Positions 26,361 through 36,904 of a stretch of 64,000 nucleotides of DNA are shown in pieces. The notes beneath the pieces are model-generated. The model saw only the letters and a list, made by a program, of their open reading frames with translations. It made no database searches and was not told the origin of the DNA. The stretch is from a virus (lineage: Duplodnaviria; Heunggongvirae; Uroviricota; Caudoviricetes). The position numbers and the translations under genes were made by a program. Each line of letters begins with the position of its first letter. Within the stretch, counting starts at the first letter, position 1. The DNA lies in IMG/VR virus record IMGVR_UViG_3300020429_000539, positions 300,263-364,262 of that record; one strand, 5' to 3'.

Positions 26361-29300
26361 ATGGCAGAACAATCCGCATCAGAACTTATACGTCGCATGC
26401 TGGTCGTCTCCCTTGGCGTCGAGGGAGCCGAGGAGGTTATACGCGCGCTTGGTGGCGTTGATAATGCTGCACAACAAGTCCAACGTCAAGCGACCAGAAC
26501 TACTGGCGTTCTCAAGGGTTTAGGCAAAGATTTCTCAAATGCTTCTAAGCTTGTTGCCGCTGCTGGCGCAGGTATTAGTTCTTTTGGTCTTGCTATCAGG
26601 CAATTAGGTTTGTCGGGAGTCCGAGATGAACTCTTTCAGTACAATAAGCAGCTTATAGCTTCTCGGACTATCTTTGCGCGTCTCGGGGAAGGCGTACAGC
26701 AGACTGAGCAGCGTATCATTGAACTGCGGAATAGGTTTGCTTTTACTCGTGATGAGTTGTTGCAGCTTCAAAGACAGGTTCAGCTTGGTTTCAATACGAT
26801 AACTGTTGAACAGATGGGCGACTATATGCAGTTGCTCGCTGATGCTGTTGGTGAGAGCGTAGATGAGATGATGCGTCTAGACAACGTTCTTCAGAGCGTT
26901 GCTGCGAAGATGCCTATATTCCAAGAACTGCTCAAGGGTCCGCGATCAGGACTGGAGACTGTCGGTCGCGACATGCTTGAAGCCGCCGTGCTTCTTGGCG
27001 ACATCGACATGGCTACCTTTAAGGAAGCTAGCGGTTTTATAACTGCGCAAGAAAATAGAAGACTCGCAGGTACGGGCGCGAGTGGAGGAATGAGAGACGC
27101 TGACCGGCAGCGAGAGGATGTATCTCGTAGTCAGATGCAGGCTATCCGTCAGCTAAACGTGACTCAAGACGAACTGAAGATGGCTGTTGCTGAAAGAATG
27201 ATGCCGATTACTCAGTCGATAGCAGATTTCACCGAAAGAAACTTCAATGAACTTATAAGAATAGGCTCATTGCTTGGTATAGTTGCAGCAGGTGTGAGTG
27301 CTATGGGTGCGCTTGGCGCGGCACGAGGCGCACTCAATGTTATTGGAGGTTCAGCGGGTGGAGGTTTAATAAGCCGCATTTTGACGGGACGAGTTGGTGC
27401 GGCAGTAGGTGGCGCAGCGGCGACGGGTGGGGTCGCAGCAGCAGGTGGTAGCGCAGCAGCAGGCGGTGGCGCAGCGGCAGGCGGTGGCGCAGTAGCAGCA
27501 GGTAGCGTTATAGGCGGTGCCTTTATCGCAGCGGCAGCGGCAGGCGGTGTAACGGTTGGCGAAAAGATAGGCCAGCACATCGATTGGACGGGTGATGGAG
27601 CGCTAAGCGAAGCTATTAACGACTTAGAGAACGCGATGGACAGTCAGCTAGCGAAGGCTATGAAGATAGCTTCTACGCAGTTTGCTGGGCTTGAAGGCGG
27701 CGATAAACTTATTGACCGTGCTAAAGAAATCGCAGACCTTGAGAAACAGATATTCGATAAGCAAAAAGAAAACATGGGTGGCCCTATTGATTCTATAATG
27801 AATCTTTGGAGCGATCCAGTGGAGCGAGCAAACAGGGAAGTTGATGACCTTGTAAAGAGGCTCGACGATTTACGCGCTATACAGTCACGAGACGCAACTC
27901 GGGCCAAGGGGCAAGCAGCGATAGCTCAAGACCTGCAAAATGCAGAAACAAAAAGAGCGATTCAGGCCGAACGTGTTGCGACGTTGCAGAAGATTATTAG
28001 AGAGAGCATCGAGACTCAAAGCAAGCTCCTTGACGCTGTTGTGAGTAAATATGAAACTACATTAGATTTACTTTCTAAGTTTGGCGGAGCTAATCCATTC
28101 GGCAATGATATAGGGGCAGAGCTTGGCACTATCATTGACCAAACAACAAGGCTTATCAGCGCTCAGGGTATCGCCGTAAGCAATATCGATTCAGCCATTG
28201 CTAATGTTCGTGAGACGGGGGATACGGGCGGCTACGAAGCAATACTTAACGCGTTGACACGAGCGAGAGAAAATGGCGCTGATATTAGCGATGATGTTTT
28301 TGAAGCCTTACGCAACCAGGTTGCTCCTCTGGAAGTTATAGCTCGCCTTGAGACTGAGCGGCTTAGGTTGCAAAACGCTCAGAGGCAGCAGTTTGGGAAG
28401 ATATCTGATTCGCTGAATGATGTAACCAAGGCTCGTGAGGGCGAGTTGCGTCGTGCGTCTGCTATGAGCAGCTTGATGGCTACTCAGGTATCTTTGGCCG
28501 ATAACCTTGCCATGGGTGTTGGGGCTTCTGCTCAGATGAGATTTGAGCAGGTTGATGCCTTACAGCGCGAAATCGAAATCATGCGTGAGCAGCAGTCGAT
28601 GCTGATACAGCGTGAGCAACAGGTAGCTGAGGAGCTTCGCGCGCGAGGCGCGAGCGAGGAAGACGTTCGGGCAGCAATCTATCAGGCACAGACTCAGAGG
28701 CTTGAGATTGAAGACAAGATACTTCAGAAGCAGCAACAGCAGGCCTCTGTTACTCGTGTGATTCGTGATGGCTGGGTGTCTGCTATCTCGGCTATGATGA
28801 CCGGCAATGGCATGTTTACGAAGATTGTCATTGACCAAAACAAGCGAGTAGGCACAATGATGTCCGCGACAGAAAACGCTACAACAGGCCTAAGAACAGG
28901 TTTTGCAGGTAGAGGCTTTACTGAATCGCAGAGATACACACCAGGAGGTATCAGCGGTTCCAATGATGGAGTTACCGATGCCTGGGGCAATGCCATGACA
29001 ACAGGTAATCCTTTATCTGGTTTTAATGGAGGCAAGAACGCTGCCGATGTAGCGAAGGCGTGGTCTCAGTGGCAGGAAAGTATAGGTCGCAATATGGGAA
29101 CAAGTGCGGCAGGCGCAGGCAATGTCAGATACGGAACTTCTGAGTTGCTTGAGCGAATTAACGATAGCGTGCAGCGACCTGTTATATTACAAACCGAAGG
29201 ACCACCTTTACCTGTTCAAGTAACTAATGCTGCGCAAAAGATAGAAGTTTCTGTAACCCCACAAGATATGAAGACAATGGTTGCAGAACTTATCAAACAG

Positions 29301-29375
29301 TTTACTATGGTAATGAAGACCGTGACCGAAGCAGCCCAAGATAAGGTCATGGAAGAAATGAACACGAGGAGATAA
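26361..29375 (+). CDS. Tape measure protein (1004 aa)
   Basis: Follows the chaperones. Helical, Ala/Gln-rich coiled coil with a Gly/Ala hydrophobic central segment. Confidence 0.85.
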   Translation: MAEQSASELIRRMLVVSLGVEGAEEVIRALGGVDNAAQQVQRQATRTTGVLKGLGKDFSNASKLVAAAGAGISSFGLAIRQLGLSGVRDELFQYNKQLIASRTIFARLGEGVQQTEQRIIELRNRFAFTRDELLQLQRQVQLGFNTITVEQMGDYMQLLADAVGESVDEMMRLDNVLQSVAAKMPIFQELLKGPRSGLETVGRDMLEAAVLLGDIDMATFKEASGFITAQENRRLAGTGASGGMRDADRQREDVSRSQMQAIRQLNVTQDELKMAVAERMMPITQSIADFTERNFNELIRIGSLLGIVAAGVSAMGALGAARGALNVIGGSAGGGLISRILTGRVGAAVGGAAATGGVAAAGGSAAAGGGAAAGGGAVAAGSVIGGAFIAAAAAGGVTVGEKIGQHIDWTGDGALSEAINDLENAMDSQLAKAMKIASTQFAGLEGGDKLIDRAKEIADLEKQIFDKQKENMGGPIDSIMNLWSDPVERANREVDDLVKRLDDLRAIQSRDATRAKGQAAIAQDLQNAETKRAIQAERVATLQKIIRESIETQSKLLDAVVSKYETTLDLLSKFGGANPFGNDIGAELGTIIDQTTRLISAQGIAVSNIDSAIANVRETGDTGGYEAILNALTRARENGADISDDVFEALRNQVAPLEVIARLETERLRLQNAQRQQFGKISDSLNDVTKAREGELRRASAMSSLMATQVSLADNLAMGVGASAQMRFEQVDALQREIEIMREQQSMLIQREQQVAEELRARGASEEDVRAAIYQAQTQRLEIEDKILQKQQQQASVTRVIRDGWVSAISAMMTGNGMFTKIVIDQNKRVGTMMSATENATTGLRTGFAGRGFTESQRYTPGGISGSNDGVTDAWGNAMTTGNPLSGFNGGKNAADVAKAWSQWQESIGRNMGTSAAGAGNVRYGTSELLERINDSVQRPVILQTEGPPLPVQVTNAAQKIEVSVTPQDMKTMVAELIKQFTMVMKTVTEAAQDKVMEEMNTRR
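27435..27506 (+). repeat. Four imperfect 18-bp tandem repeats (AAAGGG-like) within the tape measure gene
   Basis: gcagcagcaggtggtagc / gcagcagcaggcggtggc / gcagcggcaggcggtggc / gcagtagcagcaggtagc. Confidence 0.8.
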
Positions 29376-29376
29376 G

Positions 29377-32300
29377 ATGAGTCGATGCGCTCCTTTTGTC
29401 CAAGGCGCATTAGCTTTTGGCGCTCAAGACCTTATCTCGAATGGTTTCATCCCGGAAGTGGGAACTGTTCGAGAAGAAGAGATTCGTCTACTCCCTTCGA
29501 ATCGCATCAGCGCTGAGTTTCAGTATAGCGTTCGTTCGGACATATCAGGCACAAGCTTGAATGACCTTTCGCCAGGCGGCAATACAGGTTTTATCTTTGG
29601 CGGCCTCGGCGGTGGAGCAGGTTTTGGTATTGGCTCTGCTTTGGGTTGTTCTTTATTGGGCGACTTCGAACCAACTGTTTCGCGTTTCATATGGCACTTC
29701 GCTGATATGGAAACTCGTATCAATCGAAGTATAATCATAACTCAAGAACATTTAGATGAAGCAAATTCGAATGAGGAAAAGACGTTTACCTACAAACTAC
29801 CCGTCGCAACGGCTGGAGTATTAGGCGTAACACAATCTCCCATCGAGTTTACAGAAGAAGAGGAAGAGAGCTTAGGGACAACCTCTGGACGGACTCGTGG
29901 GCATCGCATTAGCTCCGAAGGTCAAATCGAAGCCAGTTTTACAAACTTCAATTCTGGAGGCGAAGAAAACCTTTTCGTGCAAATTCTTCGGGATGAAAGA
30001 AAATATGACTATCGTGCAGATAATGATGCAGACCGTTTTGAGTCAAACTGCTTTACAAACAATGGTGGCGACGACCTTGTTGACCGAGTTATACAGATTA
30101 GGCTAACCGACCAGATACTCAACGGCACACCAGCAACCGACGATGCTGATGAGGTTCCTGGACTACAACCAGGTGACCGACTTTATATTACCTATTCAGG
30201 CGTAATCAATGATGAGTTGCGGCACGCTATCGAAGCACGAAGCTTCTTCTTTTTGTTTCCTGGCTTTCAGGTAGAACGTATTGGTATCGATCAGGTAAAG
30301 GCTTATAACTTCAAGCCGTTTACTTTCAAAGCCCATAAAGAACATGGACTCGATGCCTCTCGTAACTTCATACGTGCTGACCTCGTAGACCTTCTCGAAG
30401 ATGAGGAGATTTTGTCTAATCCTGATTTGACGTTTGAGGAGAGGCTTGAGCAAACAACGCTAAGCGACTTGACTTGTCAAAGGCTCATAGAAGTTCTTAA
30501 CGATACAAAAAATCAAGTACCGTTTATCAATGGTATCTACTTTGCAGATTTTCGAGGCATTTTGTCATGGAACGCAAGAGAGCCAACACAGCCGCCCGAG
30601 CTTCTGATAGCAGCCGAAGACATTCGTGACCAGGATTGGTGGAACTCGTTTATAACTAGCTATGTTGATTTTGGTCCTGGTTTTAATGATGATGGCGAGC
30701 TTGATCCAAGCGCTGACGGTTCAAATCGTAAGTTGCGAGGCTTTCTGTTCGACATCAGCGACCATGTAAATACTGCCGTTTTTGACAACGAGAAGTTTGG
30801 TTATCAGCGAGACCTCGCGGAAGCCTTGGCCAGTGTCTCGCGTTATGATCCAGAGGTTGAAGGAACGGGTATTGGTTTTCCTAACCTCGATCTCATCAAG
30901 AACAGAGTTTCAGGTCGCAACAGCTTTGACTTAGGGACAGCCAAGTTTGAGAAGATACAGATGTCTTCCATTGAGGGCGGGGCATACTTTGTCCGCAGTT
31001 GTAACGAATTGTTCACATACGACCAACAGTTCTGTTCAAGCGGCACGATTCAGGCAGATATGTTTGTTCGCACGCCATTCTTCTTCTTCCCTCTTACCAA
31101 ACGGGGACGGATCTTTGTCGAGAGATTCACGCCACAGTTTGCATTAGACCCAGATGGCGGTATATGGGTGTTTACGAATCCGGTTGGCGGAGAGACAATG
31201 ACCATTGCCGTTCATCCGTATCGTGAGCAAGCCTTTGTTGTTTTCTCTGATTCCTCAACTGGCGAGACTACGCTTCGTTATTTTCCTGTGCGTGATTCGC
31301 AGATACAGTCTCAGTTGCAGAAAGTCTCGTATGATTCAGAAGATGCCAGCCGTAATCATAGTAATCAAGACATAGACAACTTGCAAGAGTCTGATACGCG
31401 AGTTCTTGGCTTTGACAAGGTTATAGGCAATCAACCAGGTCACAGCAGGGGGTTGCAAATTGTTCTAGATGCAGGCCAAGTGGCTCGCGGTCTAAAGAGC
31501 GTATCTGAAATATACGAAAAGTTTGAACCGGCTTTTAATCACAACAAAGACCGAGGCGAGATTGTGATTACTGGCTTACAAGAGCGGAGACTCCGTAACT
31601 TGAAGATTAGTTATGAAGTATCCGACCCTGGGTTCTATGATATTTCGGATAGAAGGATTGCCGCTGTTTTCCCTAACTCGCGTAGCGTTATAGATAACAT
31701 AGGCGTCGTCTTCCCTGGCGGAGCAAATAGTAATAAGAAGAAAAACTTCATCATTCTTGATACGAGGTATTATACAGATGATTCAATCAGGTTACAAGGA
31801 GAAGCGTTAGGTTTTATTGATGTCATCAAGATAGAGATGATTGCTTTGACTGAAGAGGCCTATGAGGAACTGAATGTTGCTCCTGGTCAGTTTTCTTCGT
31901 GCTTTGATGCTGCCGGTAACTGGTACATATTCTATGAGGATTCTCGTGCGGAGGCCGGCGAATACGGAGACCAGCCTGGAACAGGTGCTTTGTCTACAGG
32001 TAATACCGAGATTTCATGCCTTGTATCGCCTGACCTTGGAGATACATGGTTTGACCACAAAGGCATTGTTATTACCTCTGGCGATGAAGAGATTCGCTCT
32101 CCATTTGTTGTTCCGGATTGGCAGTCGAATCGTATCAGTCTATTTTATGTATTGAATGACACGCTCTTTGAAAAAGAGGTGGACCCAAATAACTTTGATT
32201 CTTCAGATTCGTTCAAGGCGTATCAGAGGCCGTTCAGATATGACGAGAATACTCCCAAAGATTTTGGTGTTGCCCATTTTTCGCAAAGAGGAAAAGACCT

Positions 32301-33093
32301 TCGACAGACAGTATCTAATGTAGTGATAGGTAATATCGAAGGCGAGTTCTTGACTCGTGAACTTCGGATATCGAGCCTTCGTCTCAATCAACAAATCAAT
32401 CCGGATAGAGAGAACCCACCAAGCCGTTTTAGGAGGTTTGGTGTTGCTGGAGATAGAAAAACTTATGAAGAGGGATTTCCAGAAGTCAACTACGTTGTAA
32501 CCAAAGATAATCGAGGGGTCTTGAAGGTTATTTGGGCTGCTAATGGCCGACTGTTTACACGGGTTAGCCGAGACGACGGAACGGCTTGGTATGATGGCTT
32601 GGCGGATGAAAGTAATGAGGGAATCGGTTTCCACAAAAACAACCTGGCGCAAGAGGTTAGGTTTATTGGGAACGTAGGCGCGGCATTCGATGATTTTACC
32701 GATAGAATTAACATAGCTTATCTTGTAGATGGCATGATGTTTGTCAGACAGTTCGACTCCGATACTTTCAACCCTGATAGAAGAGATCGAGTTGCGGCGC
32801 TGGACGCAGAAAGCACGAGAAATCCTCCTATATTTTGTGTAGGTCAGTTAGGGGAGGACGTAGCGATTGGTTTGGAGCAAGATAACTCGAATATCGTGTT
32901 TTCCTATCCAGGACCATTAGACCATTTCAATGAGACCATGGCAATATCGGAAATACCGCCTGTTGGTTACACTTCATCGAGTGGTTATACAAGGTTCTAT
33001 TACAAGGACACAGAAGGAACGATACGAGGTCTAACTATTTCAAACAGAACTGTTGAGTTAGATGTAAAACAGAAGGTCATCGATGGGCGATAA
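29377..33093 (+). CDS. Large tail-tip protein with a BNR/Asp-box propeller (1238 aa)
   Basis: Directly after the tape measure gene. Asp-boxes SPDLGDTW and SRDDGTAW. Confidence 0.6.
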   Translation: MSRCAPFVQGALAFGAQDLISNGFIPEVGTVREEEIRLLPSNRISAEFQYSVRSDISGTSLNDLSPGGNTGFIFGGLGGGAGFGIGSALGCSLLGDFEPTVSRFIWHFADMETRINRSIIITQEHLDEANSNEEKTFTYKLPVATAGVLGVTQSPIEFTEEEEESLGTTSGRTRGHRISSEGQIEASFTNFNSGGEENLFVQILRDERKYDYRADNDADRFESNCFTNNGGDDLVDRVIQIRLTDQILNGTPATDDADEVPGLQPGDRLYITYSGVINDELRHAIEARSFFFLFPGFQVERIGIDQVKAYNFKPFTFKAHKEHGLDASRNFIRADLVDLLEDEEILSNPDLTFEERLEQTTLSDLTCQRLIEVLNDTKNQVPFINGIYFADFRGILSWNAREPTQPPELLIAAEDIRDQDWWNSFITSYVDFGPGFNDDGELDPSADGSNRKLRGFLFDISDHVNTAVFDNEKFGYQRDLAEALASVSRYDPEVEGTGIGFPNLDLIKNRVSGRNSFDLGTAKFEKIQMSSIEGGAYFVRSCNELFTYDQQFCSSGTIQADMFVRTPFFFFPLTKRGRIFVERFTPQFALDPDGGIWVFTNPVGGETMTIAVHPYREQAFVVFSDSSTGETTLRYFPVRDSQIQSQLQKVSYDSEDASRNHSNQDIDNLQESDTRVLGFDKVIGNQPGHSRGLQIVLDAGQVARGLKSVSEIYEKFEPAFNHNKDRGEIVITGLQERRLRNLKISYEVSDPGFYDISDRRIAAVFPNSRSVIDNIGVVFPGGANSNKKKNFIILDTRYYTDDSIRLQGEALGFIDVIKIEMIALTEEAYEELNVAPGQFSSCFDAAGNWYIFYEDSRAEAGEYGDQPGTGALSTGNTEISCLVSPDLGDTWFDHKGIVITSGDEEIRSPFVVPDWQSNRISLFYVLNDTLFEKEVDPNNFDSSDSFKAYQRPFRYDENTPKDFGVAHFSQRGKDLRQTVSNVVIGNIEGEFLTRELRISSLRLNQQINPDRENPPSRFRRFGVAGDRKTYEEGFPEVNYVVTKDNRGVLKVIWAANGRLFTRVSRDDGTAWYDGLADESNEGIGFHKNNLAQEVRFIGNVGAAFDDFTDRINIAYLVDGMMFVRQFDSDTFNPDRRDRVAALDAESTRNPPIFCVGQLGEDVAIGLEQDNSNIVFSYPGPLDHFNETMAISEIPPVGYTSSSGYTRFYYKDTEGTIRGLTISNRTVELDVKQKVIDGR

Positions 33094-36000
33094 GGGCATA
33101 GGCACAACTCCGAATAACGAGACGTTCCGTAGGGCTGTTCCAGGCTTTGCGGGCCAACTCAAGTGCGAATGCACCATTTGGGGCAACAAGCCTATCTATC
33201 GCCGTCGTCGCCAGGACCAGGGATTTATATTCTCTCCCGAGACGCTTAAACTTGTGCCCGAAGGTATTCGGGAGAAGTTGGACGCTATTCCTGGTATAGA
33301 CGGCGTGTTCCTGAATCCCCGTGTAGAGTATCAGCACAATTTTATATGCGCTACCAAAAAGACCGAATCTGAAGATCCTGATGAAAAGAATCCAGCCCGA
33401 GCCAATGAAAAAGCTTCTAAGGTCATTCCTCTTGAGCGATTAGAGTTCTACGACCAAATCAATACGGAACTCTTAATAGATGGTAGCGGAAACTCAATAC
33501 TGTCGTTAGATGGCAATGAGGCTATACAGGCTCTTCCCCAGGCATCTCATCATATGTGGGTCAACACGGGTAGCTTGTTTTCCTCATATGTTGTTCGACC
33601 CTCAGAGATAAATGAGTTTCCAGAGAGCGAAGCCGATAGGCTGAGATACCGTTTTTCTGCTAAATGGGGATACAGCGTATTTAATGCTGCCGCCAACAGT
33701 AGTAATGCTGAAGGCGTGGAAAGAGACTCAAGCCCCAACTGGGTCCGTCCAAGTCAGAAAGCAAACAAGACAGGTAGCCCTACAAATGACCTTGCTAATA
33801 TTGCAGGCGATGCGCTATCGGAGTTTACAGTTTCCGGAGGTTCTGATGATGTCTACAAGGACATAAATCCCGGTATCCATTGGCGAGTTGTAAAGAGAAC
33901 ATCCCTATTCCAAGGCGAAGACTTTTTTGTTGAGTTCAAGAAGGAAGCTCTTTCTAGCGATATCCCTGAGCTTGGTAGAGCCAAGTTCAAGATGCAGCAA
34001 GAGTTCAATTACATCGATATCAACTCTGTTCCTACAGACGGAACAGGCACTATCCCTCAAGAGGCTTTGATCGAACTTGATGGCGATGGCAACGTTAACA
34101 TTAATGCGTTGAAAAAGTTTGATTTCTCCCGTCAGGTCTATTACATGATTCAGCTTGGCGTGGATGCTGATGGGCCATATGACAAGACCGAGGAAGATGC
34201 AAACGGTTCGCCGCGAACTAGTGGGAAAAGTCCCGAGCATGGTCATGAGTATTGGATAATCATACCAGAAAAATCTAGCCCCATATTTTGTCATGCAGGT
34301 ATAGTCTATGAACTAAAGCCCGTACAAGAAATCGGAGAGACCGAGAGCGAGGCGGATAGTGCCCAAGATCAGCAGAACTGTCAAGAGAACTCAGCGGACG
34401 GCACTACTCAAGGCAGGCAAAGAACGGTTGATTTATCGGATGGCAAAAAACTTAGAAGGCTTTCTACATATAGAGGCGCAACGGGTCGTTCGCTTACGGA
34501 GCAAGAAAACTTGCGCGTTACCGTTCGACAGCATCTCGGTCGCCTTGTCATAACTTTTTCTGGCTATGAAGATAACCCATGGGTCATCAGTCGTGCAGAC
34601 CTCACCCCTCGCGAAGACAATGAGAAAGACGAGGAACCCAAGACAGAAAAAGACTTCTTGCAAGAGCGAGTTCCTATGGTTATTGCTCCTGCCCCTATTG
34701 CTATCATGGGAGGCAATAGGAAATGTTCATTTACTTTTGGAGCGCTTACGTATGATGAAGTTGCAAATACGGTGCTGCCTCAGCCACTTAGTATTCTCGG
34801 TCCTGTAGACAAGGAAGATATTCAGTTATTGCTTCGAGATAAGGGTCTTTCAAGAGTTGGACCGAATGCAGGTTCGCAGAACAGGTCGAATACATCAAAC
34901 CAGAGCGATAACGAAGACTCGTATGAGTTCACACAAGACGCAGAAATATTTGCTGAGGTTATCAAAAACAGAACAGTAGAAACAGCAGCTATTGATATAC
35001 AACCTGAAGCTGTCTTCTTACAGGGTAAGGCTCCTAATGCACAGCAGGACGGTGGGGCTCGTGGCCGAACTCAATCGGAAATAGGGCTTTCGATGAGGGA
35101 GTGCGCCTCAAACGTTGGCTCAGAATCTCCAAACGTCAAGCAAATACAGGTCTTGTTTAGGCTTGTGCCAGGAGATTATATATTCCCTTCAATCGAAGGC
35201 GATGGCGATGAAGGTGATGGCTGGATGTATCAGCGATGCATAACTCCCATTGTAACAGGCTATAGACTTTATGTCCCTGCATCCGGTGTAGCATACAATA
35301 AAAACGAGATTGATGTTAGTCACCATGTTATGTCCTACGAGGAAACATGGAGCGAGCAAGACATGCTTCAGCTTGAACACTCAGGCACTATCAAGTTCCT
35401 TATTAATGCGGGTATGGAGTTTCAGGATGAGACTAATTATGCTCCGTATATTGCCAGCTTAGCAGATAAGGCTTTCTACATACAGCTTGCTGTTTGGTGG
35501 GAAGGTGGAGTTATGCCTTTGTCGCCAAGGCAGCGAGACAGGGTATTGATAACAGGCATCTGCCATGGTGGAGAAATCACATTTGAAAACAATAAGAGAG
35601 TCATGACTTGCGAAGTCGAAGACTATATGGGTATTCTTCGCAATCAGTTATTCATGAACTCTCCATTCTTTGATAAGATGCGAGATTTCAATGCTGTTTA
35701 TGAGATATTACAATTGGCTGGATTCCGCGACGGAACCAATGAAGATGGAGACGTTACCGATTCTACGCAGCCCGCTTCTCTGTTAAGAACTTATACTAAT
35801 CGAAGAGACGAAGAAGAGTTTTTCTTCACCATTCATAACGGAGAGACAGTCCTCAATAGAGAGTATGCTTTACCTGGCGCATATGATATTCTACAAGAGC
35901 CGTTTTTGCGATTCAAGGATGGCGAGAAGTATTACGATGCCCTTGTTAGGATGTCAACACTTTCAGGCAAGGTCATGTATTTTGACCGTCTTGGTGTGTT

Positions 36001-36649
36001 CCATTTTGATATGCTTCCCTACGAGCAAGACCTCTTCAACTTCCAGCAGAGAGAGGGGCGTGACTCTGATTTCGAGCCCATTGACTATGAACGTCTTGCG
36101 AAAATCAAGTTCATTGCGTCGCCTGATGCTGTGGACAGTCCAGAGGTTCATAGACAAGTATTTAATGCTTACACAGTCAAGCGGCACGTAGAAGATGTTG
36201 TCAACGATGTTCGCATCATATCGACGACGCCAAACGGCGAGCTTTTGATTGCAGGACATACCAACTTTGATTCGCTATTTGATGCTGATTCGCCAGGCTT
36301 CTTGGGGTATCCAAAGCAGTTTATTCAGATGGATGGTATATTCGGTGACGAGCAAACTGTCAAATGGGTTCTCAAGAACTATACCAAGATGTTTATACCA
36401 CCGTTGAGTATACGCTTTGAGGCCGTGGGTCACAACAATATCAAAGCCCTTGATGTTGTGACGTTCCAGGGACTCGGCATGAGAGAGCCACAGCCTCTTA
36501 TTGTCGGTAACGTAAGTTCTACAATTGACCCTGCAAGCAATACGTGGATGCAGAAGTTTGAATGCTACTGGCTGTTCCCATCGACAAACATCGAGTTCGG
36601 AGAAACGGATGTTGTCGGCGTAAGTCCAACAGGAAGTTTGAGTCCTTAA
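33083..36649 (+). CDS. Baseplate hub/Tal-like tail-tip protein (1188 aa)
   Basis: C-terminal hub-type pattern: YFDRLGVFHF...VVNDVRI...SIRFEAVGHNNIKALDVV...IVGNVSSTID. Confidence 0.65.
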   Translation: MGDKGIGTTPNNETFRRAVPGFAGQLKCECTIWGNKPIYRRRRQDQGFIFSPETLKLVPEGIREKLDAIPGIDGVFLNPRVEYQHNFICATKKTESEDPDEKNPARANEKASKVIPLERLEFYDQINTELLIDGSGNSILSLDGNEAIQALPQASHHMWVNTGSLFSSYVVRPSEINEFPESEADRLRYRFSAKWGYSVFNAAANSSNAEGVERDSSPNWVRPSQKANKTGSPTNDLANIAGDALSEFTVSGGSDDVYKDINPGIHWRVVKRTSLFQGEDFFVEFKKEALSSDIPELGRAKFKMQQEFNYIDINSVPTDGTGTIPQEALIELDGDGNVNINALKKFDFSRQVYYMIQLGVDADGPYDKTEEDANGSPRTSGKSPEHGHEYWIIIPEKSSPIFCHAGIVYELKPVQEIGETESEADSAQDQQNCQENSADGTTQGRQRTVDLSDGKKLRRLSTYRGATGRSLTEQENLRVTVRQHLGRLVITFSGYEDNPWVISRADLTPREDNEKDEEPKTEKDFLQERVPMVIAPAPIAIMGGNRKCSFTFGALTYDEVANTVLPQPLSILGPVDKEDIQLLLRDKGLSRVGPNAGSQNRSNTSNQSDNEDSYEFTQDAEIFAEVIKNRTVETAAIDIQPEAVFLQGKAPNAQQDGGARGRTQSEIGLSMRECASNVGSESPNVKQIQVLFRLVPGDYIFPSIEGDGDEGDGWMYQRCITPIVTGYRLYVPASGVAYNKNEIDVSHHVMSYEETWSEQDMLQLEHSGTIKFLINAGMEFQDETNYAPYIASLADKAFYIQLAVWWEGGVMPLSPRQRDRVLITGICHGGEITFENNKRVMTCEVEDYMGILRNQLFMNSPFFDKMRDFNAVYEILQLAGFRDGTNEDGDVTDSTQPASLLRTYTNRRDEEEFFFTIHNGETVLNREYALPGAYDILQEPFLRFKDGEKYYDALVRMSTLSGKVMYFDRLGVFHFDMLPYEQDLFNFQQREGRDSDFEPIDYERLAKIKFIASPDAVDSPEVHRQVFNAYTVKRHVEDVVNDVRIISTTPNGELLIAGHTNFDSLFDADSPGFLGYPKQFIQMDGIFGDEQTVKWVLKNYTKMFIPPLSIRFEAVGHNNIKALDVVTFQGLGMREPQPLIVGNVSSTIDPASNTWMQKFECYWLFPSTNIEFGETDVVGVSPTGSLSP

Positions 36650-36686
36650 TAGAGGAAAAGATTGAAAACTATGCAAAGGAGATATC

Positions 36687-36902
36687 ATGTCTAGTTCATC
36701 AGTTAGAAATAATTCACGTCAAATACAAGACCGAGCCCACCAGTCTGGCGAGCGTCAGATGACGCTGCGAGAGGTTCAGGATACTGTTCGCGAATCTCGA
36801 CAAGGTTTTCGTGGAACAGGTATGTACCAACTTTCTCGATACTACTCTCAAGAGGGCCTTTTGGTTATAGGTATGGGCGGACCTCCGACAGTAGGTAAAT
36901 AA
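36687..36902 (+). CDS. Small hypothetical tail-tip protein (71 aa)
   Basis: AAGGAG RBS; fills the gap between two large genes. Confidence 0.7.
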   Translation: MSSSSVRNNSRQIQDRAHQSGERQMTLREVQDTVRESRQGFRGTGMYQLSRYYSQEGLLVIGMGGPPTVGK

Positions 36903-36904
36903 GC

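Noticed and set aside
23565-36649. Contractile injection system, tailocin or gene transfer agent
   Set aside because: There is no sheath, PAAR or AAA+ gene. A head-tail adaptor, a frameshifted chaperone, phoH and the overall scale fit a large phage.
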